Of a stretch of DNA of 64,000 bases, positions 20,853 through 34,205 are shown piece by piece. This stretch comes from Fonticula alba ATCC 38817 (lineage: Eukaryota; Protista; Nucleariida): NCBI GenBank assembly GCA_000388065.2, contig KB932208.1; one strand, 5' to 3'. The translations under genes and the position numbers were made by a program. Positions within the stretch are counted from its first letter, which is position 1, and each line of letters opens with the position of its first letter. A model generated the notes under the pieces. That model had not been told where the DNA came from. It was given only the letters and a program-made list of their open reading frames with translations, and made no database searches.

Positions 20853-23800
20853 TCAGGCCGAAACGACGTCGTCCGTGCGCTGGCGCTTGTGCCGGCGAAC
20901 CGGCCACAAGTCGTCGTCGTCCTCGTCATCGCTGCTGGACGCGGGCCGCACCAGTCCGACGCCCGGCGCCGGCGGCGCATCCCCGCCAGCCAGATCCGGC
21001 AGCAGGGGGCCCAGGCCCGCCTCGGGGGTGCTGGCCGCCGCCGCCGCCGCCTCGGGCGCCATCGCTGCCACACTGTCATCATCATCATCGTCATCATCAT
21101 CGCCGCCGTCATTGTCGTTGTCGTCGTCGTCGTCGTCGTTGTTGTCGTCGTCGTCGTCGTCGTTGCCATCACCATCATCGTCGTCGTCATCGTCATCACC
21201 GATATCCTCATCCAGCCCGTGCTGCCCGGGCGGCGAGTCGTCCTGCAGCGAAGAGAAGTAGTCCGCGTCCGAGGTCCCATGGCCCAGGCCGTCCACCGGC
21301 AAGAGCCCCTCCTCATGCAGGGACTCGATGGTCACGGCCGACGAGGAGCTACACGCACATACACAAAGTCAGTCACAGGGGAGCTCCCCCACCGCCGGTC
21401 GTCGATGGCCGTGGCCCACCCTCGCCGTCTCTCCTGCCCCCCCTCCCCCCCCCCCCTGGCACCAACACAAAAAGGCAAACACACAAATGGCCCGCCTCCG
21501 CGCGGAGCACGCACCCGACACCGGGGAAGCTCGAGCCATTGCTCCCCAGCAGGCCCCCGGTCACGGCCAGATGCCCACGGCGAACCTTGGAGTCGAAGTC
21601 CGCCAGCAGCTTGGCCAAGATCTGACACTGGTCCAACAGCAGGCCAATCGGCCCGCGCAGGTTGTACGTATGCCGCCGGCGCCGATGCGAGACCGGCGAC
21701 AGCGTCCCCGCGCGGATTATTTCCACACGCTGGCGCGGCGGCTCGGCCACCGCCTCGTCATCGGCCACCAAGGCCGGGGAGGAGCCCCTGGCACTGGAGG
21801 CCGGGGCCGAGGACGCCGGCGACGAGGCCACCGGCGAGGTGGACCCCGACACCGACTCGTCCATCGCCTCCTCGTCGGCCTCCTCGGCCTCGGTGGCCGA
21901 CGACGCTGCCACCGATGCCACCAGCGCATCCAGCAGCGGGCCTGGCAGGTGCGCCCGGCCGCCGGCAGCAGGGCCCCCACTCGGCCCGGCCTCGGATGCC
22001 GCCTCGGCCTCGGCCTCGCCCTCGCCCTCGGCCTCCAGTGCCAGGGGCTCCTCGCCGGTCAGGTCGCCCGGCTGCAGGAACCCACAGTACGAGCGCCACT
22101 CGGCCTCAATGGCCTCGATGGCCGGCGCCAGCGTCTCGCCCAGCAGGGCAAAGCTCCGCGCCAAATTCACCGTCGACAGCTCCAAGACCGCGCCATCCGA
22201 CGGGAAGTCCCCGCCGCCGGGGCCCGGGTCGAAGGCCAACGGCCGGCCGCCGGCCGCCGGCTGCACCAGCGACACCGCCCGCTGCAGGACCCCGGTGGCC
22301 CCGGTGGCCGCCCCGGTGATGGCCACCACAAAGTCCAAGGCCGCCGAGTGGACAATATTGTCCCGCATCATGTGCCGGCGCAGGAGCTGCAGCAATGACA
22401 TGATCACCGGCGTCGGGGGGGTGGCCGGCAAGAGGCCGGCGGCCCCGGGGCCCGCCGCCGGCGCGCCCCCCGGGCTGCCGGGGCTGCCACCGGCGCCCGA
22501 CGACAGCGAGGAAGATGGCGAAGAAGACCGCGAGGGGGAGGACGAGGAGGTTCCCGGAGACGAAGAGCCCGACGAGCAGGACGGCGACCCGGGCAGGGAC
22601 GACGAGTCGCCGGCCGCCGACCCCGGCGACCGGCCCGCCACCGCCTGCTCCTCCGGCTCCGGCGACGCCGGCCGCACCAGCGGATCATCCTCATCATGGT
22701 CGGCACCGGCGTCCGGGCCGTGGGCGGCCCGGCGCTGCTCGGCCGCCAGCCGCCGCTCGGCCGCCATGGTCACCAACGCCGGCGGGGCCACCGGCAACAA
22801 CAAATGCCGGATGAAGGAGTCACTGCGCATGCTGATCACCGCTCGCAGGAGCCGCACCACGCTCAGCACCAAGTGCGGGCTGGACGCTCGCAGGAGCATC
22901 GTCAGCGCCGCCTCCGGGCAGGCCAGGACCTCCGGCGTGCCCGACGGGCCATCGGCCCCGGCTGCCGGGTGCAAAATCCCCCGGCCCAGCACCACATGCG
23001 TGGCATACGGATGCTGCTGCACCAGGTACGTCATCAGGTCCAGCAGCACCTGCAGCAGGTGGTTGGCGTCCGGCAATGGCGGCGGCGGCCCGGCCGGATC
23101 GACGTCCAGCGCCTCGCCCGGGGGCTGGTCCACCGTGGCCGTCGCCGGCCGATGCTCGCCCAGCAGGGCGTCATCCTCGTCGCCGCCGTCGCCGCCATCG
23201 CCGCCGGCCGCACGCCGGGCCGGCACGCGCAGCAGGGCCTCCTTCGGCCCGAGGCAATCCACCGCCGCGAAGTCCACCAAGCTCGGCAGGGGCAAAATCG
23301 AATCCGCATAGGCCGACGCCGGCCGGACAATGCACCCCGCCGGCCGGTTGGCCCCGGCGCTGACGACGCCCCGCCGGCGCAGGGCCCGCCGCAGGGCCGC
23401 CGGGTGCTCCACCCCGCGCGCCGGCTCGGCCCCATACCGGGCAAAGGCCGCCGCCGCCGCAAAGCGCAACGGCAGCATCAACTTCTGGGCAAACCCCCCG
23501 CGGAAGAAGATGTCCAGCAGCTCGTCGTGGTCCACCTGCTCTTCGTCCTCGCGCGAGGCCGCCCCCAGCGTGGACATCACCGAGGAGGGATTGTTCAGCA
23601 GGACCTTCAAAATCTCCTGCAGCTGCAGGCGCATGCCGAAGTCCGGCTCGCAGTGCAGCCGGTCCAGCAGCACATCCAGCAGGGTGCTGTGCGCCGAGCC
23701 ACGCGGGCGAATCTGCCGCAGGAGCTCCTGGTCGCTGACCTCCGCCTCGAAGTGCGACACGGAGTTGGCCTCGCGAAGCTCGACTAACCCGCGAGCCCAC

Positions 23801-26800
23801 ACACATGCGCGGGCGCGCGCGCGGGAACACACAGAGGACGAAGCCCGGAAAGAGAAGCCAGGACAATCGGGGGGGGGGGGGGCAGGTCAGTCGGGGCTCC
23901 AGCGCGTGCCGGCCAAAAGGGAAGAGGGAGGCCATGGTGAAGGGCACAGACACATGGCCCCCCGCCAAAAAAAGGAAAAAGAAAAAAAAAGCCCCGGCCG
24001 CGCCCACTCATGCACGCACAGACCATGTGGGCCCGGATCAGCCCCGGGCGGTAGTCCAGCACCGAGGCCAGGATTTCCAGCGTATCGCGGCGCACGCGCT
24101 CCTCCCGATCCCACAGGGCCCGGGGGAAAACCGCAAAAATGCGCCGACTCTCCAGCATCGAGCCGTAGAATTCATCGCGGGCGCTCTCCTCGAAGTTCTT
24201 CATGTTGCTGCTGAGCTCCCGCAGCAGGGACACCCCCTGGCGGGCCTGGCTGCTGGGCATGCCGCACTGGATCGGCAGCCCGGCATACTCCGGCACCTCG
24301 ACACCGCCCTGCGTCAGGGTGATCAAATCAAAGAGGGCCCCCATGTAGGCCGGGTTGTTGACCAGGCTGAAGGTGATCCGCCGCTGGTTGGTGAAGGCCA
24401 CGCCGAACAGCTGCCGCGACACGAAGTCGTCGCTGCCCGGCGGGATGGCCGGCGGCTCGCGGATCTCCAGGCGCGGCATCTCCAGCAGCTCCGGCGCCAG
24501 GGGATAGGCCCCGGAGGCGGGCAGCACCACCGGCATGATGGCACTCGCCAGGTACTGCAGCTGGAAGGCCTGGTGGATGAGCTTCTCCATGTCCGGGATG
24601 TCATCCAGGGGCACCGGCTGCAGGAAGCGCCCCGGCGACTGGAGGAACTCCCGGTACGTGGTCGCCGGCCCGGTGGGCAGGTAGCTCGACGCGCCGGAGT
24701 GCGATGGGCTGTCGGCCGGGGGGGGGACCGGCGCCAGGACCGGGCCGTCTGATCGCGCACGCATGCACACCACCGGCGTTCGTGGGCGAGAGCAGAGGCG
24801 GAGGGGAGCACCAGCGACAGAGGAGCAGTGGAGAAAAAAAAAAGAGAGAGAAACCGGCACGGAGGAGCAGAAGGCCGGTGGGTCAGTCACATGCAAAAGA
24901 AAGGGGCCAGCCTGGCCGAGGGAAAAAAGAAAAAGGCCCCCGCCCCCGCGGACGCCCCCGGCGACAATGCGCGCGCGCACACTCAAGGATGCCGATGGTG
25001 GCAAGCAGGTTGTCGCCGATGATCTGCTCCAAGATGGCCGAGTCGTTCAGGAAAAACAGGCACCGGACAATGGTATACAGCGCCTGGAGGACATTCGTGG
25101 CGCCGATGTCCTCGGCAAATTCGAAGGTCTGGAAGAGGCTCGGGAAGAAGGTGGCGCTCTGAGGCCGGCATACAGCGAGGGCACAGTGAGAGACCATGGC
25201 ACGGCCAGGGTGTGTGTCAGAGCCGACAGCGCGCGAAGCAGCAGAAGAGCCGAGAAAGAGCGACACCCATGGCCAGCCAGCCAGCCAGCCAGCCGCCGAA
25301 CCAGCCCCAGGGGAGAGGGGACAGCAAAGAAAAGAGCAGGACCCGCCCCAAGCCGCGGCTCCAGGGGTGCGGGAAAAAAGAAAAAGAAAAAAAGGACGGA
25401 GGGAGAAGGCCAGCCCCCACGTACATGCTTGTGCAGTGCCTGGATGAGCGACTCGCGCGGGGTCATCAGCGAACCGAAGTGGTTGGACTTCACCTGCTCG
25501 ACAATCAGATGCGCCGACAGGAAGCGCGCAACCCGGCCGGCCGTGGAGAAGTCCAACTCCAGCGCCGAGGTGTAGGTGGCCGCGCGCAATTGCTCCTGCT
25601 CCTGGCACAACTGGCCCCGGACCAGATTCAGCAAGTCCCAGATCTCGGCGAAATCCTGCGGCGACTGGAAGGACAGGGCCACATCGCGATCGACCCCGTC
25701 GTCCTCCGGCGGCAGGTCGAAGATCCACGAGTAGTCATCCGGCCCCGGGTCATCCGCCGACAGGGAAGGCATGCTGATGGAGGCGCCCCCGAGGCCGGGG
25801 TCGGCCGGCCGCGCCGGCGGCAGGAAGTGGTTCCCCACCGCCCCGGCCGGCGGCTCGCGCCAGATGATCAGCGAATTTTGCTGATGCGAGTAGTCCGTAT
25901 TCGGGGAGATGACCGACCGCAGGAGGATCTCATCCCCGGTGGCCGGGCAGATGGCCATCCCGGTGCCGGGCGACGGGTCCGACGACCCCAGCGCCGGGGA
26001 CCCGCCCCCGGTGGCCGGCCGCGGCCGGGTCACCTGGATGTAGTGCCCGCCGGCCGGGGCCGGCGGAATCGAGCCCCCGGCCGCCGCCCCGGGCCCGGCC
26101 GCCGAGCATGAGTACACCCCGATGCCGTGCGCCATCCAGTCCGGCCCGCGCAGCTTGTACACCTTCACCCGGCGACAGGGGGCCGCCGGGGCCACACCGG
26201 CAGCGCCGGTGGCGCCGGTGGTGGCCGCGGCGCCGGTGGCGCCGGTGGCGGCCTTGGCCGCGGCCTCGGCCCCGCTGTCCTCCTCATCACTGGCAGCCGA
26301 GGGGCTGCTGCTGCCGCTGCTGCTGCTGCCGGGATCGGCACCGGGGCCAGGCTCGGCGCTGCCACTATCCGGGTCGCTGCTGGCGCTGGCCGACTCGCTG
26401 CCATCGGCCGGGTGCATGTCGAGATCCTCATCGGCCCCGGCCGTCGGGGTCATGGCCATCGGGCTGCTGGAGGAAGAGCCTACGGGCGGGAGGGTGGCCA
26501 TGCGGGGTTAGACAGGGGCCAAGGGGATCCGGAGGGGACCGGACGGGGGGAAAGCCACAGCAGCAAGAGGGGGGCGCGGAGGGACAAAAAAAGCCGCAGG
26601 GAAAGGGCCCAAGCGCACCGGCACTGCCAGGTGTAGTGGCCTCCTCGTCGGTGGAGCAGGCCCCGCCGCCGGAAGCCGACAGCAGGGCACCGAGGGCGGC
26701 CCCGGCTCCGGCGGCCCCGGCGGCGTCCTCATCCGAGTGGTGCATCTCCTCGTCGGTGTCGGCCCCGCCGGGCAGCCCGTCCAGCACCTCGTCAATGAGG

Positions 26801-27219
26801 GCCAGCGTCGAGGCGGCGTCGGCCCCGCCGGCGGTCGGCTGCTCGGCCAGCATGAGTGCCTCGGCACCGGCCTCCGGCGACAGGTGCAGGAGGGCCCCGG
26901 CGCCCTGCTTCAGCAGAGACAGGCTGACGGCCGCCGAGGGGGTGGCCACGTGCACGTGCGGCTTGCCGGCCGGCGAACCGGAGGGCACCTGCGGCGGTGG
27001 CGAGGCGCTGGTGCTGCTTGCCTCGGGGGTTTGCGGCGAGGCGGCCGTCGAGGCCCGGAGAGGGCTGGCCGGGTCGTCGGTGGCGGTGGCGGCGACGGCG
27101 GCGGATGTCCCGGTCACGGCAAGGCCGGCCGGCGGGGCGGGGGAAGGGATGTTGGGGGAAAGAGAGGACGTCTCGCCTGGCCCGGTGGACTCGGCGGGGG
27201 TGCTCATGGGATGGAACAT
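20853..27219 (-). CDS. PPP4R3: Protein phosphatase 4 regulatory subunit 3 (SMEK/Psy2 family), EVH1-like + SMK-1 + ARM region, acidic tail
   Basis: EVH1-like RRVKVYKL..DW..HGIG, SVISPNTDYSHQQNSLIIW, DVALSFQSPQDFAEIWDLL. SMK-1 region YREFL...LIHQAFQLQYL and FTNQRRI. Exons approx. 27219-26620, 26480-25425, 25159-24982, ~24748-24023, ~23790-21514, 21349-20853; the phase-compatible junctions I checked link the upstream and final acidic exon (poly-D, RRHKRQR). Start could lie further upstream in or beyond the gap. Confidence 0.88.
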
Positions 27220-28416
27220 CAACTTAGTCACTGCCGGAGAAAGGGGAGGACCAGCGCACCCGGACCGAGGAGGGAGAGGCAGGGGGGGNNNNNNNNNNNN
27301 NNNNNNNNNNNNNNNNNNNNNNNNNNNNNNNNNNNNNNNNNNNNNNNNNNNNNNNNNNNNNNNNNNNNNNNNNNNNNNNNNNNNNNNNNNNNNNNNNNNN
27401 NNNNNNNNNNNNNNNNNNNNNNNNNNNNNNNNNNNNNNNNNNNNNNNNNNNNNNNNNNNNNNNNNNNNNNNNNNNNNNNNNNNNNNNNNNNNNNNNNNNN
27501 NNNNNNNNNNNNNNNNNNNNNNNNNNNNNNNNNNNNNNNNNNNNNNNNNNNNNNNNNNNNNNNNNNNNNNNNNNNNNNNNNNNNNNNNNNNNNNNNNNNN
27601 NNNNNNNNNNNNNNNNNNNNNNNNNNNNNNNNNNNNNNNNNNNNNNNNNNNNNNNNNNNNNNNNNNNNNNNNNNNNNNNNNNNNNNNNNNNNNNNNNNNN
27701 NNNNNNNNNNNNNNNNNNNNNGGGGGTGTCAATAGTGGCCACAGGGCGCGCGGGGAGGCGAGAAAAAGAAAGAGAGAGAGAGAGAGAGAGAGTGACCGAG
27801 GGTCGAGGGGCGCACAGCGAGGCTCCGGAAGTTTCTGAGAGCAGGGGCGCAGCTGGCTAGCGGGGACTCGGCTGCATGGGCAAGTGGCTGTCGGGTGCGG
27901 GGGCGAGGGTGGGAGAGGGAGAAAAACAGGCGTGGGTGTGGGGGTGTGGGCGTGGGTGCGTGTGGGTGCGCGTGTGGGTGTGTATGGGTGTGTGCGGGGG
28001 GGAGAGGAAGGAGGCAGAGGGGGAGAGGGGAAATTCTTCTCTCCAAGGGTTGGGCTGAGTGGGGCCTGGGGCGCATCTAGCGGGGGGTGCGGCGCTTTTT
28101 TCTCCCGCGCTCCTGGCCGCGGGGGAGGCCCGGGCCGGGAGGCGAACGGCGTCCGGACCCCGCGCGCCCCCGCCCCCGCCCCCGCCCCCGCCCCAGACCC
28201 CGAACACGGACAGCGCGGGGAAGGGCGCGCTCCCGCGCAGCCGGGAAACACGCGCCTGCCCCGGGGGAAGAACGGGCGCGCAACCGCCGACCCATCATCA
28301 GTTGGCTCCCGCCTGCTGCCGCCTGCCGGTGTGTCCCCCCCCCCCCCGGGCCACATGAGTGATTGTCCGTTTCACCCCCCGGGGGGCTAGCGGTGCCGGC
28401 GGCAGCAGTCGGGGAC

Positions 28417-28420
<4 letters not shown>

Positions 28421-28486
<66 letters not shown>
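28421..28486. repeat. Poly-G homopolymer (66 nt)
   Basis: Uninterrupted G run in intergenic DNA. Confidence 0.9.
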
Positions 28487-28488
<2 letters not shown>

Positions 28489-30067
28489 GCGCCGGCAAGC
28501 CGCCCGGCGGCCGCCGGGGCGGACACATCGACGCCTGCTGACCACCCTCGCCCGGCGGCGGCGGCAGCACGCCGGTGCCTCTGCAGGGGCCACCCGGCGG
28601 TGGCAGAGCCCCCCACGCAGTGACACCCGCCAGCTGCCATGGGAGAGACGCTCCCGCGCCCCCCCCCCTCCCCCGGGGGGGGGACGTGGCCGTTTTTACC
28701 GGCGAGCGCGGGCAAAAATGAGCCGGCCCGGGCCCCGGAGCTGGCCCGGCCGGGGGCTGGAGCCTGCCGATGATCGTCGGCACCGTTCCCACCGGCACCC
28801 AGCCCGCCGCGCCCCCCTGGCCCCCCCGGCCGCCGGTGCTCTCTCTCCCCCTCTCGCTCTCTCGCCCTCTCGCCCTCTCGCCCTCTCGCCCTCTCGCTCT
28901 CACGCACTCGGCCCCCACACACATACCCAGGGCGCACCAGAGCACCCTGGGCGAGTTGAGCCGCTACCAGGAAACGACCCGGGCCGACCGGGCCCCGGCA
29001 CGCCAGGCGGCCCGACGTCCGGGCCGTGTGTGCGCGCGCTCGCAGAGAAATTCACCCCGCCACGATGTTGGTTGGTATTTGCCGATATGGGGAGCCGAAA
29101 ATGGCGCGCGCGCGGCCGCCGGCGCGTGAAGGCCCCGCCCGGGCTCCTCGGGAGCGCCCGAATGCGCCCACAACCCGTGGCGGCCCGCTGGCGCACGTTT
29201 TCCGTGGCGCGCCCGCGCAGGGCGGGCCCCGGTGGAGGCCGCGGCGGACGGCCAAGAGCGCCCTGCCCATGCCCCGGCCCACGCACGCGCGTACGCACGC
29301 GCGTACGCACGCACGTACGCACGCACGCACGCACACACCCACCGGCCGCACACTGGCGCCCCCCCCCCCGTCGGCGGCGGGCCGGGCCCAGCCCGAGAGA
29401 GAGAGAGACGCGCCGGCGCGGCTTTGCGCCCCCAGGCAGCCCCTCCCACAGCGCGACCGGCCGGCCGCGCCGATGGACAGCAAGCCGGGGGGCCACCACC
29501 CGGAAGGAAGAAAAAAGACCCATTCAATATCCCCACTTGATATACCTCGCCCGGGGGAAGGGCGGCCCGCGCATAGCCCCACCCCCCGATCATCACGCGG
29601 GGCCGGAAAACAAACAATACACCCTCCCATACCCGCCGGGGCGGGCGGTTCCCGCGCGTCCGTTCCCCGCGCGCGCGCGCGCGCCCCACCCCGTGTATGT
29701 GCGGCACGCACGACACCCAACGCCCTTGACCCACGCCGCAAGGCCCAGGGACGTGTGTGTGTGCATCGCGGGCGCGCCGCCCGTCCTGCCGCCCGGCCCG
29801 CCGCCCTGCACTCTGCCCCCAGGGCGCATGCGCGGGGGGGGGGGGGGGGGACGCCGGCTCCGTTGGCGCGCCACGTCGGGCGGGGCGCACGTGTGCCTCG
29901 GCACGTGCGCAGGCATGACCGCAGGGGGCGGAGGCTCGCCGCCATTTCGGCCAGCCGCACGGGACCCCCCGGCCCCATGACCAAAACACCCCCCCGCCAC
30001 CTACGCGCACAAAGCAGCATCCGCCCGCCACACAGCACAGACAAGCAGGTCCATTTGCCCCCGCGCC

Positions 30068-32400
30068 TCACGGGTAGACATGGGCCAGGGCCTCCGCCAG
30101 CCGGCGCCCGAGGACCGTGTGCTCCGGCCGGGCACCGGCCACCGGGCCGGCCGCCGCGCGCAAGAGCTCCGCCACCGGATGCCAGTGCCACGCCCGCCCG
30201 GGGCGGCCGTTCTCCGGCGCCACGCCATGCCCCTGCTGCAGGGCCCCCAGCCGCAGGACCGCCTGCCAGGCGCCCGGCCAGCTGGCCTCCGCCCCGGGGA
30301 GGATGCCCCGGGCCAGCGACTCGACCAGGTCCTCGGCTAGGCGTCCCTGCTCCAGGCCGACGGCCACGCCAGCCAGGACCCCGGCCAGGGCGACGGCTGC
30401 CTCCGCCGCCTCCGCCGCCGCCTCCGCCGGGCCAAGCCTCAGCAGGTCCCGGGCGCCGGCGACCAGCGCGCCCGCCTCGACGCGCAGCAGGCGCCGATCC
30501 CGCACGGACACCGCCTCGGACCCCAGGGCGAAGGTCGTGAAGCCCCCGGCCCCCGGGCCCGGCCCGGCCGCCAGGACACACAGCCGCCAGCCCGCAACCG
30601 AGGCCGCCAGAGGCGGGGCCCCCCGCGTGGAACCGGCCGCCCGGACGCACTTCAGCGCCGACGCATGCCCCGGCTCGTGCTGCTGCCCCAGCAGGGCCGT
30701 CTCGATCTGCCGCAAGGTCCGCCGTCAGCCCGGGCCAGAAGGTGCCCCGGCCGTTGGCCCCGGCCGGGGGAGGAAAGAAAAAGAAAAAAAAAAAAAGAAA
30801 AAGAACGACCAGCAAACCAACACCACCGGAAGCACGCACCTCGATCAGCAGCAGCACGGCCCGCACGCCGGACCCGTCAGACCCCCATCGCAGACTGCCC
30901 AGCGCCGCTGGCACATCATCGGCCGCCGGCCGGAGGGCCGCCCGCAGGCACGCCCACGCCAGCAGCCGGGCCAGCGACAGGAGCAGCCAGCCCGGCCCGG
31001 CGCCCCGTCCCACCGGCCCCGGCTGGCCGAGCCCCGCCGCCAGCAGCAGCCCAGCGCCCTCCAGCAGCCGCGCCGCCACCGGCGCATCGCCCAGCGGCGC
31101 CCCGGCAAAGCGCCCAGCCAGGCCCCCGGTCAACAGCGACCGGTCGGCCTCGGCCTCCAGGCACGCCAGCAGTGGTCCCAGCGGGCCGAGCTTGGCCCCG
31201 GCCATGGCGGCCGCCTTGCCGGGCTTGCCGCCGGCCGCCAGCCAGACGTCGACCGACTCCGGGGTCGGGATCGCCGGCGGGCCGCCACCGGCCCCGGCGC
31301 ACACATGCCCCAGCAGAGCCACCCCGGAGGCGGCCAACACCGCCACACCCGAGACCATGTCCCCCGGAGCCGACCGGCCGCCGCCCGGCCGCCGGACCCG
31401 GCCAAAGCCAAATGGCGCCATCAGCCGCAGCAGGGTCAGATGCCGGCCAGCCAGCGAATCCCGCCGGGTGCCCGGCTCCGGCGCCCCCTGCAGGGCCAGC
31501 TCCCCGAGCTGCACGCACGCCAGCATGTGCGCCGCCGCCTCCTGGATGTTCCCCAAGCTGGCGTACTCTGTCGGCGCGCGGGGCACAGCATGTCAGCCAA
31601 AGTGCCCGGCGAAGGAGGCCAAGGGAAAGGACCACGAGCACAGGCGAACAGGTGCCCACCCTTCACGGCGCGGGCGAGACAGAAAAAAAGCAGAGGAAGA
31701 AGAGGGAGAAGGCAGGGGGGAAGCAAGCGGCGATGGCGCACCACGCGCAACCGAAAGCAGGGCCCCGGCCGACTTGTCCAGCCGGCCGCGCCGCTGCTCG
31801 GCACAGGCGGTCCCCAGCACCGTCGGCAGGTGCTCGGTCACCAGCGTCGACACGCGCACCAGCTCGCGCGTGGTGGCTGCCACATTGCGGCCCGGCGCCG
31901 GGGCGCCCGTCGGCCCGGGGCCAAATTGCAGGAAGGCGTCCAGCCGCGCCGGGCTGGCCAGCCACTTTTGCTCGGCGCCCTGGTGGCCGGCCGAGGCCAG
32001 GTGGTTGCGGAAGGTCCCGGCCGTCTTGAAGCGCAGCCCCGCCTCGGCCGCGCCGCGCCCCGACCCGGCCGAGCACATGAAGCACACCAGGTCCCCGACC
32101 GGCGGCCGGTGCACCGCCGGCGGCAGGACCAGCGCCAGCTCCGGCGCCCGGGCGTCCGGACGCTCGACGTCACTCGCGCGGAAGGCTGTCCCAACGACCG
32201 TAAGTCACAATGCCCGGCGTGTGGGCCTTCCATCCAGCCACCGGCCAAGAGGCAAAAGGGGAGGATGCCCCACAGGGAGCAGCCCGGCCCCGGGGCTGGT
32301 GTGGGGCCAACAAAAATGCAAGAACAAGGGGCGCACCGCTGTCGGCCAGGCGCCAGAGCCCCGGCTCGGCCACCGGCAGAGGAACCACATACGGCTCCAT
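30068..32400 (-). CDS. Hypothetical protein with N-terminal U1/jazz-type C2H2 zinc finger and Ala/Gly/Leu-rich helical body
   Basis: Exons approx. 32400-32337, 32185-~31746, 31569-30840, ~30708-30068. Motif CFMC-x12-LRFKTAGTFRNHLASAGH (CxxC..F-x8-H-x5-H). No other family recognised. Confidence 0.65.
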
Positions 32401-32413
32401 GTGTGCGTGTGCC

Positions 32414-32415
<2 letters not shown>

Positions 32416-32485
<70 letters not shown>

Positions 32486-32486
32486 T
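32416..32486. repeat. (GCGT)n tetranucleotide microsatellite
   Basis: Perfect run lying just upstream of the ATG at 32400 (reads ACGC on the sense strand). Confidence 0.9.
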
Positions 32487-33001
32487 GTACGTGTGTACGT
32501 GTGTATGTCGACTGCGGCACTGACCAACAAACACCCGGAGAAGGGAGGAGGGAAGGGGCGAAATGCGACAGTGGAATGAAAGCAGAGGGCAAGAGGGAAT
32601 GTCGCCTGCGTGGCCACCACTGCATGCCCAGGGAGATCTCCCTCTTGAGTGTGCCCCGTCCCCCCTCCCTCCCTCCACGCCCATTGCTCCGGGGGGGGCG
32701 CCGGGAAACACACAGCGTGGGGCCGATCGCCCGGAGCGTTGGCACATGCGCACACGCGCGCCACGCCGATCTGCCCCGCACCCTTCTTCTCCGCCCCCGC
32801 CCCAGCGCGCGCGCGGGGGCACACGCAGAGGGAAGCGGCACACAGGCGTGCCCTCACTCGCCCGTCCGAATGCGCGGAACGGGGGTATGCCCGGGGAATG
32901 TGGTGCTTTCGGGAGGATCTATTGGGGGCCAAGCAAGAGGAGGGACACGAACATGGGGGGGGGGGGGGGGGGGGGACAGGGATAGCCGGGGCGCCTTGGC
33001 A

Positions 33002-34205
33002 CTACTTCGAGGGCGCAGCGGCACCGGCGGCCGGCGCGCTGTCCGCTCGCCCGTACCGGCCGCTCCCGCGCTTGCGCTTCACGGGCACTGCCTCGCGCGG
33101 TGCCGTGACCCGGGTCAGGAGCTGAGGCAGGGNNNNNNNNNNGCCTCGCGCGGTGCCGTGACCCGGGTCAGGAGCTGAGGCAGGGGGGGGGGGGGTTCAG
33201 AGTTCAGGTTGCTGTGTGTGGGGACGCGAGGATGGGCACACGAGGCGACAGGCGCCGGCAGGGGCCTCGGGTAGCGACCTCCGACAGGAGGACACACATA
33301 CACACACACAGTCACACAGTCACACAGTCACACACACACACACGCACACGCACACGCACACGCACACGCACACACACAGTCACACACAGTCACACACAGT
33401 CACACACACACACACAGACACGCAGGCAGGACGCACCTTGTCCAGGTTCACGCCCGGCACCGTGAAGGCCAGCTTGGCCAGCGCCTGACTGCTACCGCCG
33501 CCACCCGTCTTGCCCTGCTTGGCCCGGCGCTTCTGGATGACATGCCGCGAGCGCTTGCGCGTGGCCAGGCGCTCCGTGCGCAGACCGTTCAAAAACTCCG
33601 ACGTGTCCTTCTCCTCGTCGGACACCGCCCCATCCTCCAGATAGGCTGACGGGAAGTTGAGCCGGTCAATGCGCTCCTGGCGCAGGGCTTCCCGCGCGGC
33701 CTCGAGTGCCTCGGCCGTGGTGGCCGTCGTGGCGACCTTGGCGACCTTGCCAGCCTCGGCGGCCTCCGTGGCGGGGATCCTGGCCTCTGCGCGACCCCAC
33801 CGGCGAGGGGGGGGGGGGGGGGGCCCGGGGCAGGAGGAGCCGAAGGCAGCCCCAGCGGGTAGGGAAGTAGGGAGCCAAGAGGAGGGTCAGNNNNNNNNNN
33901 NNNNNNNNNNNNNNNNNNNNNNNNNNNNNNNNNNNNNNNNNNNNNNNNNNNGGGGGGGGGGGGGGCACCGAGACAGAAGCAGCCGAATTCAGCCCCAGCG
34001 GCGGTCAGTGATGCGGGGCGATTTGGCGCGATGCCAAGGCAAGCTCTCTCCCCTGCAGAAAAAAGCACCCGGAAGAGACCGCCCCCCCAAAAAAAACACC
34101 CCCCCAGAACGTACTGTTCTTCCGAGCACTGCTGGGAGCAGGGCTGGCGCCGCCGATCTGCAGCTGCCTCAGGGCCAAAGCCTGCTGGATGAGCTTATTC
34201 GACAT
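33002..34205 (-). CDS. Small basic hypothetical protein (~190 aa, K/R-rich, probably nuclear or nucleolar)
   Basis: Exons approx. 34205-34112 (MSNKLIQQALALRQLQ...), 33786-33437 (...QERIDRLNFPSAYLE...TRKRSRHVIQKRRAKQGK...NLDK) and ~33122-33002 (LLTRV...VKRKRGSGRY...SK*), with compatible phases. A gap in intron 1 could hide another exon. Confidence 0.65.

Noticed and set aside
27729-30000. Numerous overlapping 100-800-aa ORFs between PP4R3 and the zinc-finger gene
   Set aside because: Composed of poly-G/P and microsatellite translations without codon bias or motifs; treated as intergenic.
33090-33185. 43-bp direct repeat flanking the 10-N gap
   Set aside because: Identical sequence on both sides of a minimal gap next to a G run; most likely an unmerged contig overlap rather than a target-site duplication.
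34150-34205. N-terminus MSNKLIQQALAL resembling AROS/RPS19BP1
   Set aside because: Only a short helix resembles it; I could not match the rest by eye. Needs a profile search.
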